A stretch of 64,000 nucleotides of DNA from Pseudomonadota bacterium. Lineage in GTDB: Bacteria; Myxococcota; Myxococcia; Myxococcales; JAKAPL01. The stretch is from contig DAIDIT010000119.1 of the NCBI GenBank assembly GCA_027451705.1, forward strand, positions 2,012 to 66,011, read 5' to 3'. Position numbers and translations under genes: made by a program. This document shows positions 9,515 through 17,671 of the stretch, piece by piece. Under the pieces are notes generated by a model. It searched no databases. It saw only the letters and a program-made list of their open reading frames with translations, and was not told where the DNA came from. Each line of letters opens with the position of its first letter. Position 1 is the stretch's first letter.

Positions 9515-9724
9515 TTACGCCTCCTTCTTTGGATTGGGGGTGAGCTCTCGCCGGTACACGGCGAAGAGATGCGTGCCGTCGGAGGCGGTGCCCGCCTCCT
9601 CGATGTGGAAGTCGTGGTCGCCGTCGAGGACCTGCTCGACCTCCCACTTGCGGAAGAGCCCGGGCAGCCGCTGGAAGTCTTCCGGCCGCTCTGCAGGCAT
9701 GGGCAACTTCTGCTCGTCGCTCAT
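9515..9724 (-). CDS. small hypothetical protein (69 aa)
   Basis: The ORF is tightly packed between neighbours: its stop is 3 nt before the next start, and its start overlaps the upstream stop. Its composition is not shadow-like. Confidence 0.5.
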   Translation of the reverse strand: MSDEQKLPMPAERPEDFQRLPGLFRKWEVEQVLDGDHDFHIEEAGTASDGTHLFAVYRRELTPNPKKEA

Positions 9725-9969
9725 CGCGTGCCCTCCTCGTCGGTCAGGCGCAGCAACGCGGCGATGGCCGGGTGCGGGGCCAGGCTGGTGGGCGACGCGG
9801 GTTCCGCGGCGAGACCTCGGGCGCGACGCCAGGCGCGATCGAGCCCTCGGGCGATGCGGCGGACGGTCTCGTCGTCCGTCTCCTGCATGGCGAAGACGCC
9901 GCCGAGCACGAGGACGACGTCCCGGAAGAGGGCCGCCATGGCGTCACGGTGCGGCTTGGTTTCGGTCAC
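9721..9969 (-). CDS. small hypothetical protein (82 aa)
   Basis: The ORF overlaps the downstream start by 4 nt and is on the same strand as the operon. Confidence 0.45.
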   Translation of the reverse strand: MTETKPHRDAMAALFRDVVLVLGGVFAMQETDDETVRRIARGLDRAWRRARGLAAEPASPTSLAPHPAIAALLRLTDEEGTR

Positions 9970-10048
9970 GGGCTCGCATCCTTCCCGGGCGCAGGGCCCG
10001 GCTCTTGGGGAGGAAACGCGACCCGCTCCGGCGAACTGGGACAGGGGC

Positions 10049-10852
10049 TCATCGAGGCTCCGCGAAATGGGCGCGGATGCGGGCCATCGCGCGCTGGAAC
10101 CGCTTGCGGGCGGCGTCGTGGCTGAGGCCCAGCCTCTCGCCGACCTCGCGTTGGCTCTCGCCGTAGACCGCGGCGCCGATCACCAGGTCGGCGTCGTCGC
10201 CGACGATGTCGGCGAGGATGTCGCGGAGAGCCCGGACGTCCTCGTCCGGATCGAGCCGAGGCGGCTGGCCCAGCACGGACTCGCCGCCTGTACGCAGCAC
10301 TGGGCTCGCACGGGCCTCGCGGCGATCGCCGGTGTCGTCGTCATCCTGGTCGTCGTCGTCCTCGGGAGTCAGATCGGCGCGGCGCGCTTCGTCGGCCCAC
10401 TTGCGCTTCAGGCCCTCGAACACGTCGCGCTCGACGTTGAGGACCAGCGTGGCGGCGACGCGGTTGATGCGATCGAGGTCCGCGCCCTGGACGAAGGCGA
10501 TGAAGCGCGTGCCAATCTCCGAGACGAGCTCGTCGGGCTTCTTGATGAAGTCGCGCAGTCGCCGCCGGTAGACCGCGTCTAGCCCCGGCCAGAGGCCGAG
10601 CCAGATCAGCGCGACCGCGAGTTCGGCATCCACCCCGCGCGCCCGCGTCGCATCGATCAGGACGCCGTAGATGTCATCCTTCTCATCGAGGTCGCCGCCA
10701 GGCTCGTTGAGGTATGCGAGCAGCGCACCGGCATCGGCGAAGCGCTGCGGCACTCGCCGCCGCGCTCTCATCGCCTCGTACTGCTTCCTGGCACCGAGGG
10801 TCCCGATCGAACGAACGAGGCTCTCCTTCAGAGCCTCCCAGGTGACGCGCAC
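10049..10852 (-). CDS. ECF-like sigma-70 family protein
   Basis: C-terminal region-4-like HTH AAVYGESQREVGERLGLSHDAARKRFQRAMARIR. Region-2-like segment LWPGLDAVYRRRL...IGTRFIAFV. Acidic linker DDDDQDDDD. Confidence 0.55.
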   Translation of the reverse strand: MRVTWEALKESLVRSIGTLGARKQYEAMRARRRVPQRFADAGALLAYLNEPGGDLDEKDDIYGVLIDATRARGVDAELAVALIWLGLWPGLDAVYRRRLRDFIKKPDELVSEIGTRFIAFVQGADLDRINRVAATLVLNVERDVFEGLKRKWADEARRADLTPEDDDDQDDDDTGDRREARASPVLRTGGESVLGQPPRLDPDEDVRALRDILADIVGDDADLVIGAAVYGESQREVGERLGLSHDAARKRFQRAMARIRAHFAEPR

Positions 10853-10946
10853 GGAGCGCCCGCCTTCCGGCCGGGCGTCGCGCGCCTCCTACTGGCTGAG
10901 TCAGGGCGTCATGCGCCTCTGGGTTGGTGGTTGATCCGCGAGAGCG

Positions 10947-11159
10947 TCAGCGCCTCGCGATTGCCTTCGCTTCGAGTGCGATGGGCGTCGCCGCCTTCGC
11001 CTCGTTCACTTCGTTGAGAGTGCGGCAGCCGCGGCACACGCTCGTCGCCGGGAAGCCCACGAGGTACTCGTGCCCCCGCGCGAACCTCAGGTGCAGCCGC
11101 CCGTCGCGCAGAAGCCCCAGGAGCTTCCCGCAGCGAGCACAGCGCCATTCCTTGTCCAT
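10947..11159 (-). CDS. Com-like (Mu Com family) zinc-ribbon protein
   Basis: The 70-aa protein has WRCARCGKLL...CRGCRTLNE (CxxC...CxxC), similar to the Mu Com translational regulator fold. Confidence 0.5.
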   Translation of the reverse strand: MDKEWRCARCGKLLGLLRDGRLHLRFARGHEYLVGFPATSVCRGCRTLNEVNEAKAATPIALEAKAIARR

Positions 11160-11163
11160 CGTG

Positions 11164-11196
11164 ACCTCCTGCGAGTCGTCAGCGACTCGCGGAGGC
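11164..11196 (-). promoter_or_regulatory. RNA hairpin sequestering the Shine-Dalgarno of the Com-like gene
   Basis: The minus-strand RNA reads GCCUCC-GCGAGUCG-CUGA-CGACUCGC-A-GGAGGU-CACG-AUG. It has an 8-bp perfect stem (11171-11178/11183-11190). It extends through one bulged A by pairing CCUCC with the GGAGG of the SD, which sits 5 nt upstream of the ATG. Confidence 0.55.
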
Positions 11197-11276
11197 CACT
11201 CTGGAGGGCGGCTCTGTATGTGGAGCGGACGCGGGCTGTACGCGGTCTGTATAGAGCGCGATCCAGACGAGAAGGG

Positions 11277-12401
11277 CTACGTGTTCGGCGCGAACACGAG
11301 CGCGAAGCTCACGGACTCGTCGGGATCGAAGCGATAGACGGCGTGGTTGTCGACCTTCTCGGTCTTGAACAGCGCCCAGGATTTGCCGCTCTTGATGTCG
11401 AAGGTCTGCCGGGCGCGCTGGAAGGTCTGCTTCGCCGAGCCGCCATCGTCATCGACCGTCTCCGGGTCGAAGCCCGCCCTGGCCTCGACCGCGGCGCGGA
11501 TCATCTTGAAGTGCGACGCCTGCACGTTGGCCGAACGCGTTCGCGCCGCACCCTTGCCCTTGGTCACGGTCTTCGTGAGGTCGTCGGCGAAGACCTCGTA
11601 GTGGTTGGCCGCGGCGACGAGCTCCTGGTAGCTCGGCTCGTCGAGATCCCTCCAGGCCCCCAGGTTGCCCGCGGCGCGCACGAAGGCGCGCGCGATAAGG
11701 GGCGCTGCCTGAGTTGTCGGCGCGGGGCGGCCGATGGACGAGAAGATCGTCAGCGGGTCGCCCAGCGCGCGCAGGCCGTCGGCATCGAGGCCGACCGCGT
11801 CCACCAGCGGCACCAGGACCACCGCGGCGGCGGCCGCCTGTCGACGGATCTCCTCGGACACGAACTGCTCAGTCGGCAAGAGAACGGCGAACGTCTGGCC
11901 AGACGCGTGGCTGCGCAGAGCGTCGATCGCCTCGGCGCACTCACGCTCGCCGCATCGGCAAAGGAAGTAGATCGCGTGCTTGACGCCCGGCTCGGGGATG
12001 AACGTGCCCACGCGGTATGCGGCTCGAACGCCCGGGAGTGGAGCAACCACGGTCCGGATTTTCAGTGCCTTGCCGATCGCCTCGCAGAGGTCCTCGGGGC
12101 CGACGGCGAGCACGTCGACGTCGGTCGCGGTGAGCTCGATGTCGGCGCACTCGGCGGGCTCGTTGCCGCACACGGCGACGATGCTGCCGTCCACGCGCTC
12201 GATCACGACGCGCGGGCAGCCGTCGCTGGCGGCGGGCGAGCAGGGGTAGCGGTCTGCGACGCGGAGGTGCTTCAAGATGCTCGCGGACTCGAGCGCGGCC
12301 ACGAGCTCGGCGCCGAGGATCTCACGTAGGTGGCGGCGTGGACCCCCGAGCGGGAAGTTAGTCTCCAGAAGCTGCCAGAACGCCGTCAAATCGTGGGTCA
12401 T
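11277..12401 (-). CDS. hypothetical protein (374 aa), third gene of the lexA-led operon
   Basis: The ATG at 12401 overlaps the upstream stop (ATGA). No recognisable motifs. Several Cys pairs are present (CSPAASDGC, CGNEPAEC, CRCGEREC). Confidence 0.7.
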   Translation of the reverse strand: MTHDLTAFWQLLETNFPLGGPRRHLREILGAELVAALESASILKHLRVADRYPCSPAASDGCPRVVIERVDGSIVAVCGNEPAECADIELTATDVDVLAVGPEDLCEAIGKALKIRTVVAPLPGVRAAYRVGTFIPEPGVKHAIYFLCRCGERECAEAIDALRSHASGQTFAVLLPTEQFVSEEIRRQAAAAAVVLVPLVDAVGLDADGLRALGDPLTIFSSIGRPAPTTQAAPLIARAFVRAAGNLGAWRDLDEPSYQELVAAANHYEVFADDLTKTVTKGKGAARTRSANVQASHFKMIRAAVEARAGFDPETVDDDGGSAKQTFQRARQTFDIKSGKSWALFKTEKVDNHAVYRFDPDESVSFALVFAPNT

Positions 12402-13549
12402 GGCTTCGGCAGCTTCAGGAACTCGTTCACGCGCATGAACTCCTCGGCGGGCTCGCCGTCGCGCGCGCGGTCGTAGATGGCAACGTTCGTCGGGCGCAGC
12501 TCGAGCTTCCGCGGCCGGCCGCCGCTCCGGTACTTGATGAGGAAGGACGCGCGGACGATCTTGCCCTGCGCGAAGTTCGGGCTGCCGTACTTCTCGGCGG
12601 CCGCGATGAGGCTGTACGCGCGCGAGGTCTGGACGAACCCCTGCTCATCGTCGACCTGGATCCAGATCTCAGTCAGCCTGGCGCTGTCGACGCCGGCGAC
12701 CAGCGCGATCGTCGGCTTGGCCTTGCAGAGCGGCGCCAGCGTGTAGATGTCGCCGGCCGGGAAGTAGTCAGCATCGTCGAAGAGGATCTTGCCGACTGCC
12801 TTTCGGTAGAGGTCCTTCTCACCCTGGGTCTGGGCGTTCAGCTTCAGCACGCCAGTGCGCGTGTCGTAGATGACCGAGTCGTGTTTCTGCGGCCGGTAAG
12901 CAACGCGGGAGCGCCGGAGCTTCTTGTCGATCGAGCCGTCGGTCCGGTAGGGGCGGCCGTGGGTGATCTCGAACTTGATGTCGTCCCTCTCCTCGTAGAC
13001 GTAGATCTCGCAGGCGCGGCTGCGGTTCTTCGACTCGAACCACGGCGCGAGGTCGGCCTCGACGGCGGCGCACTTCGCCTTCGCGGCCTTCAGCGTGAGC
13101 CGCTTGCTGCCCTTGCCCTGATACTCTTCGTAGTTCTTGATCTTGCGGAAGATCGTGCGGTCATGCGCGGAGCGCACGACACGCGCATCCTTGATGTGGA
13201 CCGCGATTGCGAGCTCGCCGGGTGAAAGGTCCTCGCCGAGGATACCGTCGAGCTGCACGCCCTGGCGCTCGGCCTCGGCGAGGATCCGGTCGTGTCCAGC
13301 CTCGTCGGCAAGGTCGTCGAGCACGTACAATGACTGGAGCAGCTCAGACGGCATCTCCTCGTCCGGCTTCGTGAAGACCTCCAGCAGCTGTCGGTCGTGC
13401 CCATCGCCATTCCTGAGCGTGGTGACGTCGAGCCCCTGGCGCTGGAAGTACGCCTTGTGCGGTTCGAGCAACGGCACGAGGAACCGCGGTTTGTCTACCC
13501 GCTGGATGAAGCTCAAGTCGCTGAAGTTCTTGAACCGAAGCTGGGACAT
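12398..13549 (-). CDS. hypothetical protein (383 aa), second gene of the lexA-led operon
   Basis: The ATG at 13549 (MSQLRFKNF) has a GGAG upstream and lies 2 nt after the lexA stop. The upstream 245-codon extension in the ORF track is Arg/Gly-rich and overlaps lexA, so it was rejected. Confidence 0.7.
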   Translation of the reverse strand: MSQLRFKNFSDLSFIQRVDKPRFLVPLLEPHKAYFQRQGLDVTTLRNGDGHDRQLLEVFTKPDEEMPSELLQSLYVLDDLADEAGHDRILAEAERQGVQLDGILGEDLSPGELAIAVHIKDARVVRSAHDRTIFRKIKNYEEYQGKGSKRLTLKAAKAKCAAVEADLAPWFESKNRSRACEIYVYEERDDIKFEITHGRPYRTDGSIDKKLRRSRVAYRPQKHDSVIYDTRTGVLKLNAQTQGEKDLYRKAVGKILFDDADYFPAGDIYTLAPLCKAKPTIALVAGVDSARLTEIWIQVDDEQGFVQTSRAYSLIAAAEKYGSPNFAQGKIVRASFLIKYRSGGRPRKLELRPTNVAIYDRARDGEPAEEFMRVNEFLKLPKP

Positions 13550-13551
13550 AC

Positions 13552-14235
13552 TCAACTCCTCCGACTGCCCTCCGCGTGATCGCTCTCCGCGTATCTGCGG
13601 ACGCCGATGACCTTGCCCTGAATGCGGAACTCGTCTTCGGGCCTCAGGACGATCGGACGGTGGTGCGGGTTCTCTGGGCGTAGCTCGATGCGCTCCTCCG
13701 CGATAGAGAGGCGCTTCACCGTGGCCTCGTCTCCGAGCAACGCCACGACGATGTCGCCGTTCTCCGCGACCTGCTGCTGGCGGACGACTACGTAATCGCC
13801 ATCGCCGATCCCCGCGCGCACCATGCTGTCGCCCGCCACCGCGAGCGCGAAGCAGCGCGCCCGGCCCACGAGCCGCGCGTCCACCAGCAGCTCGCCGACG
13901 ATGTTCTCGACCGCCAGAAGCGGGCGCCCCGCGGCGACCACCCCGACGATCGGGACCGGCACGAGGTGAGCGACTTCCGGATCGAGCTGCCGGACCACCT
14001 CCAGCGACCGCGCCTTGCCAGCCTCCCGCCGTAGATAGCCCTTCCGCACGAGCTGGCTCACCAGTTCGTGCGCGCTCGAGGTCGCCATCCCGAGAATCTC
14101 GCCCAGTTCCTGCACGGTCGGCGGGAAGCCCCGATGCGCGAGGTGGCTTCGGATCGCGGCGAAGGCCTTCCGCTGGGGCGAGCTGATCTTGCCGACGGGT
14201 GGTCGGCCCCGCTTCCGGCGTTCGGAGGGGTTCAT
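13552..14235 (-). CDS. lexA: LexA-family repressor (winged HTH plus S24 self-cleaving peptidase)
   Basis: The N-terminal SPQRKAFAAIRSHLAHRGFPPTVQELGEILG aligns with the LexA wHTH. Cleavage site VVAAGRPLLAVEN (Ala-Gly), catalytic Ser in AGDSM, and Lys in ATVKRL. The ATG at 14235 has AAGGA upstream; an alternative ATG is at 14259. Confidence 0.85.
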   Translation of the reverse strand: MNPSERRKRGRPPVGKISSPQRKAFAAIRSHLAHRGFPPTVQELGEILGMATSSAHELVSQLVRKGYLRREAGKARSLEVVRQLDPEVAHLVPVPIVGVVAAGRPLLAVENIVGELLVDARLVGRARCFALAVAGDSMVRAGIGDGDYVVVRQQQVAENGDIVVALLGDEATVKRLSIAEERIELRPENPHHRPIVLRPEDEFRIQGKVIGVRRYAESDHAEGSRRS

Positions 14236-14320
14236 CTCTTCCTTCACGGGCGCAACCATTGCGGACAACCCTAGGATCGGGCACGGCCGCCCAGGATGCC
14301 GAGGTGCGCAGAGTACGGGT

Positions 14321-14334
14321 CGGACATCTGTCCG
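14321..14334. promoter_or_regulatory. perfect palindrome CGGACA-TC-TGTCCG in the lexA/recombinase divergent region (candidate operator)
   Basis: A 6-2-6 inverted repeat about 86 nt upstream of the lexA ATG. It matches no LexA box that I know. Confidence 0.35.
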
Positions 14335-14720
14335 GTCAATTGGAAACGTCGGGCGTGTCGCGCGGGTGGCGCAGGGCATGTCCCACTTCGACCTGGCAGA
14401 TCGCGTTTCCTCTCTGGAACCCGCGGAGATCGGAGAGCAAACGTGGCCGTCAAGGCAAACAACCGAGAGGCGCGGGAGCGGAACGCGGGCGGGCACGCCG
14501 AGGCTGCCGCCACCCGCGCCGAGGTGGTCGACATCCTCGCCGGCGCGCTCTTCAGGCTGCTTCTCGAAGGCCGCCTTCCGCCGCCGAAGCGCGTCCGGCA
14601 AGAGAAACATCGAGAGTGTCCATGACGCCCGGGCCGCTCGAACTTGCCTTGCCTTGTTCACCAGAGACCGCCCTCATGCCTGGCGACGGCGGGCACCAGC
14701 CGCCGCAAGGAGAGAGCGAC

Positions 14721-15275
14721 ATGAGCAACCCGAGGGTAGTGGGATCGCGCGCGGACCGAGAGGCAGCGGCGCGCCTCGCGCGCGACCTGGCCGCGCTCGA
14801 CACGATGACGGCCGGCGAGCTCGCCGAGAAGTACCGCGAGGTCTTCGGCGAGCCCACGCGCACCCGGAACAAGGGCTACCTGCGCAAGCGCATCGCCTGG
14901 CGCATCCAGGAACTCCAAGAGGGCGGCCTCTCGCCGCGCGCGCTCGAGCGCATCGAGCAGCTCGCGCCGGACGCGCCGGTCCGCTGGCGGCAGCCGGTGG
15001 CGCGCAACGGCGGCGCGGGGGCACAGATCGTTCCGCTTCCGCTGCCCGCGCGCGACCCGCGCCTGCCGCCGGCGGGAACGGTGCTCACGCGCCTGCACGA
15101 CGGCGTCGAGCACCGGGTCACCGTCCTTGCTGACGAATTCGAGTACAACGGCGAGCGCCACCGCTCGCTCTCGAAGATCGCCCGCCTCATCACCGGGACG
15201 CCCTGGAACGGGTTCCTCTTCTTCTTCGGCCGCGCCGCCGGAGCGCGGAGCATCACCAAGGAGCGCGCCGGATGA
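14721..15275 (+). CDS. DUF2924-family protein (serine-recombinase partner)
   Basis: ATG at 14721 with AAGGAG 8 nt upstream. The C-terminal ...YNGERHRSLSKIARLITGTPWNGFLFF is typical of DUF2924. The stop overlaps the recombinase ATG. Confidence 0.75.
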   Translation: MSNPRVVGSRADREAAARLARDLAALDTMTAGELAEKYREVFGEPTRTRNKGYLRKRIAWRIQELQEGGLSPRALERIEQLAPDAPVRWRQPVARNGGAGAQIVPLPLPARDPRLPPAGTVLTRLHDGVEHRVTVLADEFEYNGERHRSLSKIARLITGTPWNGFLFFFGRAAGARSITKERAG

Positions 15276-16885
15276 AGCCAGCCAAGAACGGCGTTCCGAA
15301 GGGCGCGTCCGAGACGAAGCGCTGCGCGGTCTACACGCGCAAGTCGACCTCGCAGGGGCTGGAGCAGGACTTCAACTCGCTCGACGCCCAGCGCGAGGCC
15401 TGCGTCGGCTACATCCAGCGGCAGCCCGGCTGGACGCTCGTGGACGCGCGCTACGACGACGGCGGCTTCACCGGTGCGAACATCGAGCGGCCGGCGTTCC
15501 AGCGACTCCTCGCCGACATCGAAGCCGGGAAGATCGATGTCGTGGTCGTCTACAAGGTCGACCGCCTCAGTCGATCGCTCCTCGACTTCGCCAAGGTGAT
15601 GGAGCGTTTCGGCGCGGCCGGCGCCTCGTTCGTGTCCGTCACGCAGAACTTCTCCACCGCGGACGCGATGGGTCGGCTCACGCTCAACATGCTGATGAGC
15701 TTCGCCGAGTTCGAGCGCGAGATGATCGGCGAGCGGACGCGCGACAAGATCGCCGCCGCGCGTCGGAAGGGGAAGTGGACCGGCGGACCGGTGCCGCTCG
15801 GCTACCGGGTCGAGGACAAGCACCTCGTCGTGGACGAGATGGAGGCCGTGATCGTCCGCGAGGTCTTCGCGCTCTACCTGGAGCAGCGCTCGACGCTGGC
15901 GGTCGCGCGGGCCCTCAACCAACGCCAACGCCCGATGAAGCAACACCGCGCGGCAAACGGAAATCCGAGGGAGGCGAGGGCGTGGACGAAGGGCGACGTG
16001 ACCCGCGTCCTCAAGAACCCGGTCTACGCGGGCTACATGTCGTGTGGCGCCGAGTTGCACGACGCCGAGCACGCAGCGATCATTCCGCGCGAGACGTTCA
16101 CGAAGGTGCAGGCGCTCTTTGAGGGCGCCAGCGGCGCGCGGAAGGATCCCGTCCGGAACCCGGACTACGTGCTGCGCGGCCTCTTGCGGTGCGCGCGCTG
16201 CGGAGGAAGCCTGACACCGGCGTCGACGCGGAAGGGAGGCCGCGAGTACCGCTACTACCGCTGCGTCACGCGGGACAAGAAGGGGAGGGATGCCTGCCCC
16301 TCGAAGCCGGTCACCGCGGAGGCGATCGAGGAGTACGTGCTCGCGCGGTTGCGCGAAGCGACCGCCGACGGCGCGTTCGCGGCGGACCTCGTCGCCGGCA
16401 TGAAGGAGCGCGTTTCCGGGCGGCGCGAGGTCGCCCTCACGGAACGGCAGAAGCTGCCGGGCGAGATCGCCACCCTCGCCGCCGAGGGAAAGCGGCTCGT
16501 CGAGACGATTGCCGAGCTCGACGGGCCCGCGCGGCGGCTCGTCGACGACCGGCTGAGGGAGATTGGCGAGCAGCTCGCGCACCGCGAGGCGCGGCTGGTG
16601 GCCGTCGAGTGCGATCTTGCGAACCTCGAGGACGCCGAGGTTGATGCCACCTGGGTCGCCGAGTGCCTCACCAAGTTCGACCTGATCTGGGGAGACCTGA
16701 CGCCCGAGAACCGCGCGCGGCTCCTGCGCGCCATGATCCAGCGCGTCGACGTCGACGAGCCCTCGAACAGGGTCAGCGTCGTCCTCGGCGATGTGGACGT
16801 CGACCAGCCCGGCGCACCGCCGGCCCCCGACGCGGCGCGGCCGCCGAAAACCCTGGAACCCCTGTCGATGGAGGCGATCGCGTGA
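15272..16885 (+). CDS. large serine recombinase
   Basis: N-terminal resolvase domain RCAVYTRKSTSQGLEQDFNSLDAQREAC. Recombinase domain VLKNPVYAGY. Zinc ribbon LRCARCGGSL...YYRCVTR...C. Followed by a coiled-coil tail. Confidence 0.9.
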   Translation: MKPAKNGVPKGASETKRCAVYTRKSTSQGLEQDFNSLDAQREACVGYIQRQPGWTLVDARYDDGGFTGANIERPAFQRLLADIEAGKIDVVVVYKVDRLSRSLLDFAKVMERFGAAGASFVSVTQNFSTADAMGRLTLNMLMSFAEFEREMIGERTRDKIAAARRKGKWTGGPVPLGYRVEDKHLVVDEMEAVIVREVFALYLEQRSTLAVARALNQRQRPMKQHRAANGNPREARAWTKGDVTRVLKNPVYAGYMSCGAELHDAEHAAIIPRETFTKVQALFEGASGARKDPVRNPDYVLRGLLRCARCGGSLTPASTRKGGREYRYYRCVTRDKKGRDACPSKPVTAEAIEEYVLARLREATADGAFAADLVAGMKERVSGRREVALTERQKLPGEIATLAAEGKRLVETIAELDGPARRLVDDRLREIGEQLAHREARLVAVECDLANLEDAEVDATWVAECLTKFDLIWGDLTPENRARLLRAMIQRVDVDEPSNRVSVVLGDVDVDQPGAPPAPDAARPPKTLEPLSMEAIA

Positions 16886-17286
16886 GCAAGGTCATCACCG
16901 GCGCGCTGTACCGCGTGCAGCGCGGACACGGGAAGCGCTTCTCGACTGAGCCGCCGCCGGCACCCGTGCGCCGGCCCGCGCGCGTGGCCGTCATGCTGGC
17001 GCTCGCCTACAAGATCCAGGAGGCGATCACTCAAGGCAAGGTCCGCGATCAGGCCGACGTCGCGCGCAGGCTCGGCTTCACGCGCGCGCGGATCACGCAC
17101 CTGCTCGACCTGCTGCTCCTCGCGCCGGACCTGCAGGAGCGGGTGCTCTTTCTCGAAGCGGTCGATGGCGTGCAGCCGCTGAGCGAGCGGGCGCTGCGGG
17201 CGGTGGCGCATACGAGGACGTGGCCCGATCAACGGGAGCAGTGGGAGGAAATCGATCGGTCGAAACTTCCGGCTGAGGCCACGTGA
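16883..17286 (+). CDS. ParB/KorB-like HTH protein
   Basis: The GTG start overlaps the recombinase stop. DVARRLGFTRARITHLLDLLLLAPDLQERVLFLE resembles the ParB HTH segment. It is a paralogue of 62774-63157. Confidence 0.65.
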
Positions 17287-17399
17287 GCCCCTTCGACTTT
17301 ACCCGACTGTATTCGGCTCTTGTTCGCAGAGCACTGCCCGTGTAGGGTGCCCCGGGTGCCGCTGGTGCTCACGAAGCCATCGCCGTGGAAGTGGAGCCG

Positions 17400-17642
17400 A
17401 TGACGGAGCCTTGGGTATCCGTTGACGACGTTGCGAAGCACCTCGGGGTCGCCAAGGATTCGGTCTACCGCTGGATCGAACGCCGCGGCTTGCCCGCCCA
17501 CAAGATTGGTCGCCTCTGGAAGTTCAAGCTGACTGAAGTCGATGAGTGGGTGCGCCTCGGGAGTACTGGCGAGAGTCAACACGGATCGCCCAAGAGTTCG
17601 AGCGACGATCGACGCGGTCGCCCACGAGGAGGCCGGGTGTGA
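17400..17642 (+). CDS. excisionase/MerR-family HTH protein
   Basis: MTEPWVSVDDVAKHLGVAKDSVYRWIERRGLPAHKIGRLWKFKLTEVDEWV matches the excisionase-family DNA-binding domain pattern. It is a paralogue of 62486-62677. Confidence 0.7.
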   Translation: MTEPWVSVDDVAKHLGVAKDSVYRWIERRGLPAHKIGRLWKFKLTEVDEWVRLGSTGESQHGSPKSSSDDRRGRPRGGRV

Positions 17643-17671
17643 GAACGCTCGGGACTGTTCCGCGAACCGGG

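Noticed and set aside
7935-10166. 743-aa plus-strand ORF, together with many other long ORFs antisense to confident genes. Examples are 788-1789, 2376-3389, 14876-16582, 17969-19567, 22201-23586, 32976-34514, 36634-37560, 52544-54400 and 56002-57405.
   Set aside because: These are typical high-GC shadow ORFs. They have Arg/Ala/Gly/Pro/Leu-dominated composition and no motifs. They fully overlap genes that carry clear catalytic motifs on the other strand.
11214-11252. Three CTGTA(T/C) hexamers (11214, 11236, 11247) spaced 22 and 11 nt apart upstream of the Com-like gene, considered as E. coli-type SOS half-sites.
   Set aside because: No ACAG partner lies at the n8 spacing, so they are not a CTGT-n8-ACAG box. 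They may still be promoter or operator elements, but the evidence is too thin.
13550-14284. N-terminal 245-codon extension of the 12398-14284 ORF.
   Set aside because: The extension is Arg/Gly-rich and lies out of frame over the well-supported lexA gene. The internal ATG at 13549 has an SD and sits 2 nt after the lexA stop.
17299-17311. Shared C(T/C)TTACCCG string about 10 nt downstream of both ParB-like HTH stops (17299-17311, and the reverse complement at about 62753-62765), considered as a conserved att or operator core.
   Set aside because: Only 7-8 nt are shared, with no surrounding dyad symmetry. That is within chance expectation for this window size.
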